Part shown: positions 7,776 to 17,300 of the stretch, piece after piece | Numbering within the stretch: position 1 is the stretch's first letter | Layout: each line of letters begins with the position of its first letter | Origin: Bifidobacteriaceae bacterium | Lineage (GTDB): Bacteria; Actinomycetota; Actinomycetes; Actinomycetales; WQXJ01 | NCBI GenBank assembly: GCA_031268115.1 | Contig: JAIRXV010000436.1 | Location: 1 to 28,180 of the forward strand | Reading direction: 5' to 3' | DNA length: 28,180 bases | Notes under the pieces: model-generated | Databases searched by the model: none | The model's input: the letters and a program-made list of their open reading frames with translations, nothing else | Told to the model about the DNA's origin: nothing | Position numbers and translations under genes: made by a program

Positions 7776-8468
7776 ATGCGCGTGTTGGTGGTTGAGGACA
7801 TGCCCTACATGGCCGAGGCCATCCGCGACGGGTTGCGCCTTGAGGCGATCGCTGCGGACATCGCGGGGGACGGGAACACCGCTCTGGAGATGTTGAGCGT
7901 CAACGCCTATGACATTGCGGTGCTGGACCGCGACATTCCCGGTCCGTCTGGGGATCAGATCGCCGCGAGCATCGTCGCCTCGGGCAGCGGCCTGCCGATC
8001 CTGATGCTGACCGCCGCGGACAGGCTCGACGACTTAGCCAGCGGGTTCGAATTGGGCGCCGACGACTACCTCACCAAACCGTTCGAGCTGCGCGAACTCG
8101 TGCTGCGGCTCAGGGCACTCGACCGCAGACGCGCCCACCACCGCCCGCCCGTGCGGGAAATCGCGGGCCTTCGGTTGGATCCGTTCCGCCGCGAGGTTTA
8201 CCGGGAGGGGCGTTACGTCGCGCTCACCAGGAAGCAGTTTGCTGTCCTTGAAGTCCTGATCGCCGCCGATGGCGGTGTGGTCAGTGCCGAAGATTTGCTG
8301 GAGCGGGCGTGGGACATCAACGCCGACCCCTTCACCAACGCGGTGCGTATCACCGTGTCGACCCTGCGTAAGCGGCTCGGCGAACCCTGGGTCATCGCGA
8401 CCGTGCCCGGCGTTGGCTACCGGATCGACACCGGGCCGAACGCCGTGGACCGGGGGCAAGGGGCGTGA
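7776..8468 (+). CDS. vanR: VanR, OmpR-family response regulator (actinomycete type), 230 aa
   Basis: MRVLVVEDMPYMAEAIRDGLRLEAIAADIAGDG, phosphoacceptor VLDRDIPG, GADDYLTKPF, C-terminal VPGVGYRI. Coupled to vanS by a GTGA overlap and adjacent to vanHAX. Confidence 0.9.
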   Translation: MRVLVVEDMPYMAEAIRDGLRLEAIAADIAGDGNTALEMLSVNAYDIAVLDRDIPGPSGDQIAASIVASGSGLPILMLTAADRLDDLASGFELGADDYLTKPFELRELVLRLRALDRRRAHHRPPVREIAGLRLDPFRREVYREGRYVALTRKQFAVLEVLIAADGGVVSAEDLLERAWDINADPFTNAVRITVSTLRKRLGEPWVIATVPGVGYRIDTGPNAVDRGQGA

Positions 8469-9547
8469 CTAGGACCCGCGGTCCAAGCGTGCGGCTCAAG
8501 TTCACGCTCAGCTACGCGGCGTTCCTCATGGTGGCAGGCGCCCTGCTGCTCGCGGTGGTGTGGGTGTTCCTCTTGCGTTACGTTCCCCCCGAAGCGGTCT
8601 CGATCCGCGGCGGCGGATTCGTCCCCGGGCGCGGCGACCTGGTGCGGGCCTTCGCCCCGAGGGTGGCCTGGGCGTTGGCTTTCCTGTTGGTCTTTGGCCT
8701 GGTGGGAGGGTGGATCCTGGCGGGGCGGATGCTCCGGCCGTTGACCCACATCACCGCCGCAACGCGCAAGGCGGCGGGCGGATCGCTCTCGCACCGGATC
8801 GAGCTGGACGGGCCGTCCGACGAGTTCCGGGAGTTGGCCGATAGCTTCGACGCCATGCTGGCGCGGCTCGAAGCGCACATCGGCGAACAGCAACGGTTCG
8901 CGGCGAACGCCTCCCACGAGCTGCGGACCCCATTGGCGGTGACCCAAACGCTCCTTGAGGTGGCGCGCAGCGATCCAAACCCGGCTGTGGGCGAACTCCT
9001 GGAGCGCCTTCATGTGGTCAACGCCCGCGCCATCGACCTCACCGAAGCGTTGCTCCTGCTCAGCCGCGCCGACCGTGGATCCTTCCGCCGCGAACCCGTG
9101 GATCTGTCCCTTGTCGCGGAGGAGGCCGCCGAGACGCTTCTTCCCCTCGCGGAGAAGCGTGGGGTCACCATCCAAACCGCCGCCGATGTCGCACCCACCG
9201 CCGGTTCGTATCCTCTCCTGTTGCAGATGGCCACGAACTTGCTGCACAACGGGATCGTCCACAACCTCCCCGACCAGGGCACCGTCGAGGTCAGCGTTGC
9301 CCTCGGCAGCGAATCGGTGATGCTGAGGGTCGAGAACACTGGCGCGATCCTGGCGCCGCAGATGGTTGCGACGCTCACGGAGCCGTTCCAGCGCGGCACG
9401 GCTCGCGTCCGCGCTGATCACGCGGGCGTTGGTCTGGGCCTCGCGATTGTGGCAAGCATCGTCAGGGCGCACGGCGGCTCACTGGACCTCAGCCCGCGGA
9501 CCGGCGGCGGATTGTGCGCCACAGTCCGGCTGCCCGCCGCACGGTGA
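8465..9547 (+). CDS. vanS: VanS sensor histidine kinase (actinomycete type), 360 aa
   Basis: SVRLKFTLSYAAFL start, two TM helices with a short extracellular loop, HAMP domain, H-box FAANASHELRTPL, G-box GVGLGLAIV. Confidence 0.88.
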   Translation: MTRTRGPSVRLKFTLSYAAFLMVAGALLLAVVWVFLLRYVPPEAVSIRGGGFVPGRGDLVRAFAPRVAWALAFLLVFGLVGGWILAGRMLRPLTHITAATRKAAGGSLSHRIELDGPSDEFRELADSFDAMLARLEAHIGEQQRFAANASHELRTPLAVTQTLLEVARSDPNPAVGELLERLHVVNARAIDLTEALLLLSRADRGSFRREPVDLSLVAEEAAETLLPLAEKRGVTIQTAADVAPTAGSYPLLLQMATNLLHNGIVHNLPDQGTVEVSVALGSESVMLRVENTGAILAPQMVATLTEPFQRGTARVRADHAGVGLGLAIVASIVRAHGGSLDLSPRTGGGLCATVRLPAAR

Positions 9548-9558
9548 GGCCCACCCCA

Positions 9559-10191
9559 TCACGCGGCCAATTGGTTCGCGGCGGCCACAATGGGGAAATC
9601 GAAATAGGTGTCAGGGTAGGGCTCGTCTCGGAGGCTGTAATGCCACCATTCGCATTCATACCGGTCAAATCCGCTGCCCTCCATGATGGTGCAAAGGTGC
9701 CCGCGGTTTCGCGTTTCGGTGGGATCGATTCCTTGGGCGCCATGATGTGAAATCGCGTCCATCAAATCATGGTTGCCGCCCGTCGCCGCGAGTTCGCCCG
9801 TATCCAGGTGGTAGAGCGTCAAATCCACGGTGCTGCCGCGGCTGTGGGCCGACTTAGTGGCCACATATCCCCGTTCAAACATCTCGCGCCGGTCGATGTT
9901 CGGATAATGCCGCGCCTTGGTCCGGCCGTCCTCTGGTTCTCGCGACCATCGCAGGAAGCAATCCACAGCGCGCTGCGGGCGATAGCCATCCCACACCAGG
10001 AGGCCAAAACCGAGGTGTTTGGCGCGGTCTTGGGCCCGCGCGAGGGCCTCACAAAGCGCCACTGTACCGACAATTCGATTCGCTTCATAACAGTCCACCG
10101 GCCTTCCGGTGAAATTGTCCCAGGTTGCGTACTTGGCATCCCAGCGTATGCCTGGCACGAGTTCGTCCACAAAGGCAAAATCGCCGTTCAT
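9559..10191 (-). CDS. vanX: VanX D-Ala-D-Ala dipeptidase, 210 aa
   Basis: WDAKYATWDNFTGRPVD, DGYRPQRAV, SAHSRGSTVD and EWWHY (Zn ligands and catalytic Glu). ATG 10191 overlaps the vanA stop (ATGA). Confidence 0.95.
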   Translation of the reverse strand: MNGDFAFVDELVPGIRWDAKYATWDNFTGRPVDCYEANRIVGTVALCEALARAQDRAKHLGFGLLVWDGYRPQRAVDCFLRWSREPEDGRTKARHYPNIDRREMFERGYVATKSAHSRGSTVDLTLYHLDTGELAATGGNHDLMDAISHHGAQGIDPTETRNRGHLCTIMEGSGFDRYECEWWHYSLRDEPYPDTYFDFPIVAAANQLAA

Positions 10192-11228
10192 AGGTCTTCT
10201 CCTCCCATCGCTAGCGCCAAGACTTGGTCCAAGACTTCGGCGAGGGTGAGGCCCGCGGCCGCCATCATCCTGGGATAGCGGCTGTAGGACGTGAGCCCGG
10301 GCAACGTGTTGACTTCGTTCAGGACCACTGTCCCGTCCTCCTTCAAAAACATATCCACCCGGGCCAGGCCTTTGCACCCCACAGCGCGGTATATGGCTGT
10401 GGCGGTCTCTCGCACCCGTGCGCGCGAATGCTTCGAGATGTCAGCCGGAACGATTATCCTTGAGTTCTCGCTGCCGCTTTCGGGTTTGGGCTCCTGGTGG
10501 ATTCGGAAGAAGCCCTGGGTCAGAACGATTCGGTCGATTTCACCCATCGTCAAATCCGACCCGTTGCCCACAATGGCGCACCCGACCTCGCTGCCGGTGA
10601 CGGCCTCTTCAATCAGCACCTTCGTGTCATAGGCCCTTGCGTGCTGGACTGCGGGCAGCAGATCTTCCTTCCGCTGGACTTTACTCACGCCGAACGATGA
10701 ACCGGAGCGGGCTGGCTTGACGAAGACGGGGTACGTCAGCCCGCCCACCTCAGGGCGCGTCCCGGACTCGACAGTCCTGTAGACCGGCGTCGCAATCCCG
10801 GCACTCGCTGCGATGGCATAGGTCAAGGATTTGTCCATGCAGAGGGCCGAACTCGCGACCCCGCAACCGGCGTACGGGATTCCGGCGAGTTCGAACAGGC
10901 CTTGGAGTGCTCCGTCTTCGCCCAAAGTGCCGTGGACAACAGGCAACACGACGTCCAGGCCGATCACGTGGTAGGTCCCGTGGCCCAGAACCAGCAACCC
11001 CTTGATGGTCCGGTCCGGGCAGAGCATGGCCGGACGGCCGCCGCGCTGTTCCCAGCCTGGGTCGGGGCCATCGCACAGTCTCCACGCGCCGGACTTTGTG
11101 ATTCCGATCCACACGGGCTCGTACTTGCTCGGATCCAGGCTCATGGCGACTTGCTGCGCGGACCTGACGGAGACGAAATTCTCTTCGCCGGTACCGCCGA
11201 ATACGACCCCGACCCGCAATTTAGACAT
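10188..11228 (-). CDS. vanA: VanA-type D-Ala-D-Lac ligase, 346 aa
   Basis: HGTLGEDGALQG, CMDKSLTY, VKPARSGSSFGV, GFFRIHQE (His typical of D-Lac ligases), EVNTLPGLTSYSRYPRM. Sits between vanH and vanX; ATG 11228 overlaps the vanH stop by 8 bp. Exact subtype (A/O/F-like) not resolved. Confidence 0.93.
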   Translation of the reverse strand: MSKLRVGVVFGGTGEENFVSVRSAQQVAMSLDPSKYEPVWIGITKSGAWRLCDGPDPGWEQRGGRPAMLCPDRTIKGLLVLGHGTYHVIGLDVVLPVVHGTLGEDGALQGLFELAGIPYAGCGVASSALCMDKSLTYAIAASAGIATPVYRTVESGTRPEVGGLTYPVFVKPARSGSSFGVSKVQRKEDLLPAVQHARAYDTKVLIEEAVTGSEVGCAIVGNGSDLTMGEIDRIVLTQGFFRIHQEPKPESGSENSRIIVPADISKHSRARVRETATAIYRAVGCKGLARVDMFLKEDGTVVLNEVNTLPGLTSYSRYPRMMAAAGLTLAEVLDQVLALAMGGEDL

Positions 11229-12243
11229 GATTATTCTCTCTTTCGAATGCGATGCAATTGGCCAGACTGTTCTCAACGATGTCCCGCAAGGAACGGTCCG
11301 TGTAATACGCGACGTGCGGGCTGATGATCACGTTGGGCAGCCTTTGCAGGCGCGCCAAGGCGCCATTCGCGCGGGGTGCATCCCGGCAGTCGGTGTAGAA
11401 GACCCCTTCCTCCCCCTCGATCACGTCCAGCGCCGCGCCACCCAACCTGCCGCTTTCCAACGCGCCGATCAGAGCTTTGGTGTCGATGAGTGAACCGCGC
11501 CCAGTGTTGACAATGAATGCGCCGTCTTTCATCGCGGCGATGCTTCGACGGTTCACAATGTGGCGCGTGCTCGCGGTGAGGGGAAGATGGAAAGTAACAA
11601 CGTCACTGTGACGTAGTAGGTGATCAAAAGGAACGTCATCGGCGGCGGGAGTTCGATGATTGTCATGGGCCAGAATCCGGCACCCGAAACCTCGAAGCCG
11701 CTCGATGACGGCCGCGCCGATACGGCCTGTTCCGACAACCCCGACCGTTAGGTCCCCCAACTCCCTTCCGGGGGCGTCACTCAATCTAAAGTCCCGCGCG
11801 GCCGCTCGGCCCATGACAGACCGTGCATCCCGCACTGCCATCAAGATCAACATCAGCGTGTAATCGGCGACACTTCCGGGCGAATATGCGACATTGGCGA
11901 CGGTGAGTCCGACGCTTCGGGCGTACTTCAGATCGATGTGGTCATACCCAATACTGCGGGTGGATATGTAGCGGGCGCCGGCTCGACTCAACTCGAGAAG
12001 CATGGGATTGGTGACCCTGTTCCTGTGGCTCACGCTGACGCAACGGGAACCCGCCGCAAGTTCGATATTGGCGTGCGATACCGGGGCCTCGGTGATGAGG
12101 GGCACCACGCCGAAACGGGGCGCAATCTGGTGGAACAGTGCGGCTTCGCGTGCTGGGCAACCGTAAACAGGAATTCGCGTTGTGGGGATAGCCGGAAGCA
12201 CGCCGGCGGCGGGCGGGCAAGGTGGGAGCGCGGTATGGGTCAC
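11221..12243 (-). CDS. vanH: VanH D-lactate (D-2-hydroxyacid) dehydrogenase, 340 aa
   Basis: YISTRSIGYDHID, NVAYSPGSVADY, Rossmann VGVVGTGRIG, FIVNTGRG, AALDV, SPHVAYYT. First gene of the H-A-X operon. Confidence 0.93.
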   Translation of the reverse strand: MTHTALPPCPPAAGVLPAIPTTRIPVYGCPAREAALFHQIAPRFGVVPLITEAPVSHANIELAAGSRCVSVSHRNRVTNPMLLELSRAGARYISTRSIGYDHIDLKYARSVGLTVANVAYSPGSVADYTLMLILMAVRDARSVMGRAAARDFRLSDAPGRELGDLTVGVVGTGRIGAAVIERLRGFGCRILAHDNHRTPAADDVPFDHLLRHSDVVTFHLPLTASTRHIVNRRSIAAMKDGAFIVNTGRGSLIDTKALIGALESGRLGGAALDVIEGEEGVFYTDCRDAPRANGALARLQRLPNVIISPHVAYYTDRSLRDIVENSLANCIAFERENNHV

Positions 12244-12250
12244 GCCGACC

Positions 12251-12311
12251 AGTCAACCGGGGAGGGCGTTGCCAGCGCGTATGCGGTTTCCGATACTCCC
12301 CCGATACGCGC
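12251..12311 (-). promoter_or_regulatory. Probable VanR-dependent vanH promoter: tandem GTATCGG repeats 11 bp apart and a TTGACT -10
   Basis: CCGATAC on + at 12290-12296 and 12301-12307. AGTCAA at 12251-12256 (TTGACT on -) lies 7 nt before the GTG. An 11-bp tandem spacing is typical of OmpR-family sites. Confidence 0.55.
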
Positions 12312-12388
12312 CGGTCCAAGAATGCGTGCCACGCCAGCTGCCTCCCCGAACGATGACGGCGAAGAGCGTTGGCGGTTAGGCTGAGACA

Positions 12389-13042
12389 GTGATAGCGCCT
12401 TTACCCGAATCGGCTTTACCGGACCCGCGCGTGCGTCTCCCAGTGCCGGGGTTCGACGTCACCTACGTGAAACCCACCATCACGAGGAAGAACATCGAGG
12501 TTGGCGACTTCACCTACTATTCGGGCTTGGACTTTGAAGCGCAAGTAACGCATCACTACCCAGACATGTACGGGGACCGTTTGGTGATCGGAAAGTTCTG
12601 CCAGATCGCCGCCGGGGTGATGTTTGTGATGAACGGCGCCAACCACCAGATGAACGCGGCCACCACCTTCCCGTTTTACATCCTCGAACGGTGGAGCGGC
12701 GTGGCTCCCGCCTTGGAGGACTTACCGTGCAAGGGCGATACGGTGATCGGCAACGACGTGTGGATCGGCGAGAACGCCGTGATCCTCCCCGGCGTGCAGG
12801 TCGGGGACGGAGCCGTCATAGGCGCCCGCGCGGTGGTGGGCTCCGATATCGCGCCGTACACCATCGCGGCTGGAAACCCGGCTCGCTCGATCCGCAGGCG
12901 CCTCGACGAGGAGATGATCGACCTGTTGGAAAAGGTTCAATGGTGGGACCTGCCCATCGGGCAGATCCAGGCGCTGATGCCGATCCTGACCAGCCCCGAC
13001 CTGGAGCGTGTCAAGGAGCAACTGCGCCGCCGCCTCGGGTGA
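12389..13042 (+). CDS. Vat/CatB-like xenobiotic O-acetyltransferase (hexapeptide-repeat), 217 aa
   Basis: IEVGDFTYY, DRLVIGKFCQIAAGV, MNGANHQMN (catalytic His), KGDTVIGNDVWIG, GNPARSIRRR, WWDLP. Substrate not determinable from sequence. Confidence 0.88.
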   Translation: MIAPLPESALPDPRVRLPVPGFDVTYVKPTITRKNIEVGDFTYYSGLDFEAQVTHHYPDMYGDRLVIGKFCQIAAGVMFVMNGANHQMNAATTFPFYILERWSGVAPALEDLPCKGDTVIGNDVWIGENAVILPGVQVGDGAVIGARAVVGSDIAPYTIAAGNPARSIRRRLDEEMIDLLEKVQWWDLPIGQIQALMPILTSPDLERVKEQLRRRLG

Positions 13043-13054
13043 CCCAAGCGGGTG

Positions 13055-13103
13055 CCAGGCCCGGATCGGCCTGGTCGCGGCAGTCCCTCGCGGTGCAACC
13101 GCG
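13055..13103. terminator. Two GC hairpins between convergent acetyltransferase and jetD
   Basis: CCAGGCC-cggatc-GGCCTGG (13055-13074) and CGCGGT-gca-ACCGCG (13089-13103). No U-tract. Confidence 0.35.
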
Positions 13104-13156
13104 CCGGTCGGAGCCGCCGTGTCGCCGCCCTCAAGACCCTCATTCCTTCAAAGCAC

Positions 13157-14308
13157 TCAGTCCAAACCCAGCGCCGCGAGTGCAACCCCCCAGGGCAGGC
13201 GTTCTTGCTCCAGGCGCAGGCCAGCGGATGTGACCGCGTGGTACGCGGCCTCTTCCGGTGGTGAAAGAAGCGGCAGGCCGGCCGCAGTGGGCTTCGGTTC
13301 GGGGACGGCCAGGTCGCGGTAAGCATCCAGGGTCGCGGTGTCCATGAGGACCGTATGCACCGCGGGAACGTGGGAACGCAGTCGGTTGACGATGGCGAAC
13401 CCATGGCTATCGAGATCGCCCCAGTATGTGATGGGCGCCTCGCGCAGCCATGGCACCGCGTCGAGGGCGGCGACGGCGTAGCCGCCGCCGAACACGGCCA
13501 CGACTCCGGGGGCAGGGGGCAGGGCAAGGAGCGTTTGGAGGTTCTCCAGGACGATGACGCGCCCCGGCTTGAGGTTGAGCGCCGCCACGTGGTCAACCGG
13601 GGCCTCGACATCGGGCGGGCAACCAGGCGCGAGGTCCGGATCCAGGATGCGTAACCGCAGCCGGACTGGGGGTTTCGCGAGGCCGAGGGTGTCCCGCCCG
13701 GTCACTGCGGTGAGGAGATCGCGCACCAGGGCCGAGTGGTGCTCGATCCATTTGGAGTCGATGCCGCGGATCGGAAGCTGGCGCACATAGAGCCCCGAAT
13801 CTGGGTGCGCTTCAAGCCACTCGATCACACCTCCGATGCGCTCGAAATCTTCGGCTGGCACGGCTCCGAGGGCGCGGGCATGGCGCCTCAGCGCCGCGGC
13901 CAGCGGGTCATCGGGTGGGCGGTCGGCCAGACCCCACCGCCGACCGAGCGCGCCGACCCGCTGGCTCACTGCCCTCCAGTGGGCCGAGCGCCCAGCCAGG
14001 CGGGCCGCCTCGGCGGGCGAGGACGCGATCAGCCGCACAGGAACGGCCTGGGATCCGAGGTTCGCCCAGCGGCGCCGCTCCCATTCGACGGCCGGATCGT
14101 CCCAACTGCGCACCCAGCGTGCGGCCGCTTCTTGATCGGCTAACACTTCCGCCTCCGATGGCGGCCCCAGCGATATCGCAGGAGGGCGCGGGTTTGGCGC
14201 TCCCTGGGGATCCTGCGCCTGACCAACCGCCCAGGTGGCACAGTTACGGTCATAAGAGGCCCGCATCCGGGCCGCCGCCTGCTGCGGGGTGACCATCCGT
14301 TCAGCCAT
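13157..14308 (-). CDS. jetD: Wadjet JetD Toprim nuclease (DUF3322+DUF2220), 383 aa
   Basis: VEWERRRW, LYVRQLPIRGIDSKWIE, VIVLENLQT (Toprim Glu), YWGDLDSHGFAI (DxD), RLEQERL. Start at ATG 14308 (8-bp overlap with jetC) or ATG 14296. Confidence 0.9.
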   Translation of the reverse strand: MAERMVTPQQAAARMRASYDRNCATWAVGQAQDPQGAPNPRPPAISLGPPSEAEVLADQEAAARWVRSWDDPAVEWERRRWANLGSQAVPVRLIASSPAEAARLAGRSAHWRAVSQRVGALGRRWGLADRPPDDPLAAALRRHARALGAVPAEDFERIGGVIEWLEAHPDSGLYVRQLPIRGIDSKWIEHHSALVRDLLTAVTGRDTLGLAKPPVRLRLRILDPDLAPGCPPDVEAPVDHVAALNLKPGRVIVLENLQTLLALPPAPGVVAVFGGGYAVAALDAVPWLREAPITYWGDLDSHGFAIVNRLRSHVPAVHTVLMDTATLDAYRDLAVPEPKPTAAGLPLLSPPEEAAYHAVTSAGLRLEQERLPWGVALAALGLD

Positions 14309-17300
14309 CGGCGCCCGCCTCAGCCCGGACCTCGGCCTCGAGCGCGGGCAAAGGCGCAGGCATTGACCCACCCCCCGGTTGGGCGCTGTCGCCGGTCCCA
14401 GGTACAGCCTCGCCCCCGGCGGCCACCTCGCCCCCAGTGACCTCCCCGTCATCGTTCTGGGCGTCCAAGTCCGTCATTGCGACCGCTTTGACCTGCGACG
14501 ACTTGAAGTCCTGGCAGGTCACTAGGCCGATGCCATCCACGTAGTCTTCCAAGGCACCCAGCGCTTTGAGTGGGGTGGCCAGGATCATGTGGAAGCCGAA
14601 CGCCACGAAGACGTCCATGGCCATCCGGGTAAAGTCGGTGTCGGCCCGGTCGAAGGCCTCGTCCATCACCACCGTGCCATAGCTCGGCAGCTTGCCGGGC
14701 TCGGACGCCAGTTGGTAGCGCAGCGCCGCGGCCAAGCAGAAGATGGCGAGTTTCTGTTGCTGCCCGCCCGAGAGTCCGGAGGACGTGTCGTGGACGTTGA
14801 CCACCATCCCGGCGCGGTCTACCTCCTCACCCACGAATCGCACGTGCCGCCTGGTGTCCAGGCAGGCCTCACGCCAGTTACGGTCCGCGGCGTCCGAATT
14901 GGCTGGGTTGAGGCGGTCCATCAACTCACGCAGGATCTCGAACTTGGCCTCGCCCTCGGCCCGGTCCTTGGGGCCGCGCAGCGAATCGGAGGCGATGGAA
15001 CTGAGCGCTCGCAGGAAATCCTCGGCCATTTGCGAACGGCTTTCCTTCACTTGTATGCGCAGGTAGCGGCCGGAATCGAAGTCGGAGTCGCGAAGGGACG
15101 CATTGATCTCGCGGATCCGCTCCTTGATCTCTTTGGGTGCGCGGCGAATCGCCTGACCCAACACGCCGATGTTCCGCTGTGACTGGCTCTTAAGCAACGC
15201 GTCGAAGCGGTCTTCGAACTCAGGCAACCTATCCGCCAGGAGTTCGCTGTGGCGGTCGAGGAATCCGGGGGCATCATCGGGTCCCGGCTGCAGGTCACCC
15301 ACCGCAGCGGGCCATCGAACCGCGAACTCCCGAGTCAACCGGTCGATCCCGTGCCGGGCCTCACTGGCTCGCTGTCCGGCCTGCTCCCGCTCGACACCCA
15401 ACTCCTTAGCGACATCGCTGGCCCGGCGATCGATGGTCTCGTAAGTCAGCGCCCGCTGTTTCTTGACGGCCTCGAAACGGCCCAACAGTTCGGTGCGTTC
15501 GGCCGAGCTGAACTCTTCGCGCGCAGCGCCATCGTCCAGATCGCCGAGAACCCGCCGGACCGCGCCGACCGCTCCCTTGGCCTCGGCGACAGCCGCTCCC
15601 GCGCCCTCCAACTCCGCCCGCGCTGCGCCCAGCGCCTGAGCGGCCTCGTCCCGTTGCTTCTCAGCTAGGCGAAGATCGGCGTTGGTGGCCCGGAAGGCCG
15701 CCAGCGCCTGATCCGCCTCGGTTGCGCTTCGGCGCGCCGCCTCCACGTCGAGGTCCTGCCATGTGTAGAGCATGAGGCGCTCCACCGCGTCGCGCCGCCG
15801 GCGGGCCTGTTCGCGAACGCCATCGGCCTCATCGTAGGCGGCTTCAAGCTCGGCGATCTGCCCCCGTACCGTCCGCAATCGTTCGAGAAGACGCTCCAGC
15901 TTGGCGCCCGGGTCCATACCCAAGACCCACCGCGAGGAATCCTCGACCGCGCTGCGATCGTCCTTCTCGTGGCGTTGTTCGTTGCGTTTGACCAGACCGT
16001 TGATGGTCACCGCCGTCTTGGCAGCATCGAACGCCGCCAAGTCTTCAGCGCACTCGTAGTCGTAGGACCGGCTCAGGGTCCAGGCCAGCCATTGTTTGAA
16101 CGGACCCTCGGCCAGGTCCAACCGGCGTGCCAGGGAGTTTGCCGCCCTGGGCATGGACGGCGTGGGAATAGCGGCCGGAAGCATTTCGAGGACCACCCGC
16201 GCACGCAGGAAACGTGAGTTCACGGCCTCGGTGACGGCTGCCCGATGCCGGGGTGGCACCAACAGCGAGACCGCCAGAGGGCGCAGCACGCGTTCCATCG
16301 CGCCCGACCAGTCCACGTGGCTGGCCTTGACCTGCATCAACTCGCCAGCAAACGGCAGTGCCTTGGCGGGCAAGCCCGTGGCGCCGCAAATGATGTCACG
16401 CGCGGCGAGCAGCCCTGGGGGCAGGTTGGAGCGGGCAGAATCGGCGGCCCGGTACTCCTCCTCCACAAGGCGTTGCGAGTTCTTCAAGGCAACCAACTGA
16501 CCGGAGATGGCCTGCAATTGTTCGCGCGCCACGGCATCGGCCGTTCCCGCTTCTGATTCGCTCACGCGCGTAGACGTCAGCTCCTCGAATTCGGCAGCAT
16601 TGGTTGGGACCTCGATACCCGCCGCGCGCAAGTCCTGCGTGGTGGACTGCGAGTTCTGCTCCGCGTGGTCCGCTACTCGGTGCCGGGCTTCGCATTGGTT
16701 CTCAAGGCGGGCCAACGCCTCGCCGCCGTGGCGTTGAGCGGCCAAGCTGGCGGCATCGTGCACGGTGACGGCCTGCTCCGCGCGGGCCGCCGCCGCATCG
16801 CGGACCGCCCCCGCCGCCCTGAGATCGTGTTCGGCGTGGGCCAGGGCGATCTCAGCCAAACGCCGCTTTTCGGCGTCGCGGACCGCATCGATCACTTCCG
16901 CGAGGCGAGCGGCCCGGGCTGCGGCGGCCTGGGACTCAAGCGCTGCGCCGTGCAGACCTATCAGCGGTTCCAGGTGGTCCACCTGCTGGCGCGCCTCAAC
17001 CACCCGGGCGTGGGCCTGGCGCAACTCGTCGAACTGCTCGGCGGCTCTGGCCGCGATGTCGAAAGTCTCCGGTCTATCCAGCATGAATGTGCGAAAGAGC
17101 GTGTCGAGGGAACCCAGAGCCTTGGCCGATTGAGTGCGGTGCAGCAGACCCATGGCCCCCTCGGCGTCGATGCCCATAGCGCGGTGAAAGCGGGCCGAGA
17201 ACTTGGAGTGCTGATCGGTCACGCTCAAGTGATCGGGCCAGTTTCGCTTGATGCCGCGCGCATCCAATCCGTCTTTGGCGAACGGCTGGAAGTCCATCAA

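Noticed and set aside
8417-9472. Long antisense and alternate-frame ORFs (e.g. 33-590, 4435-5178, 8417-9472, 16665-17459, 24828-25889)
   Set aside because: They are shadow ORFs over well-supported genes, expected in high-GC DNA, with no recognisable motifs.
7776-12243. van genes as self-resistance of a glycopeptide biosynthetic cluster
   Set aside because: No NRPS, halogenase, P450 or glycosyltransferase genes in the window. A cluster elsewhere in the genome cannot be excluded.
12389-13042. Naming the acetyltransferase vat or catB
   Set aside because: The fold is clear, but substrate specificity cannot be read from motifs.
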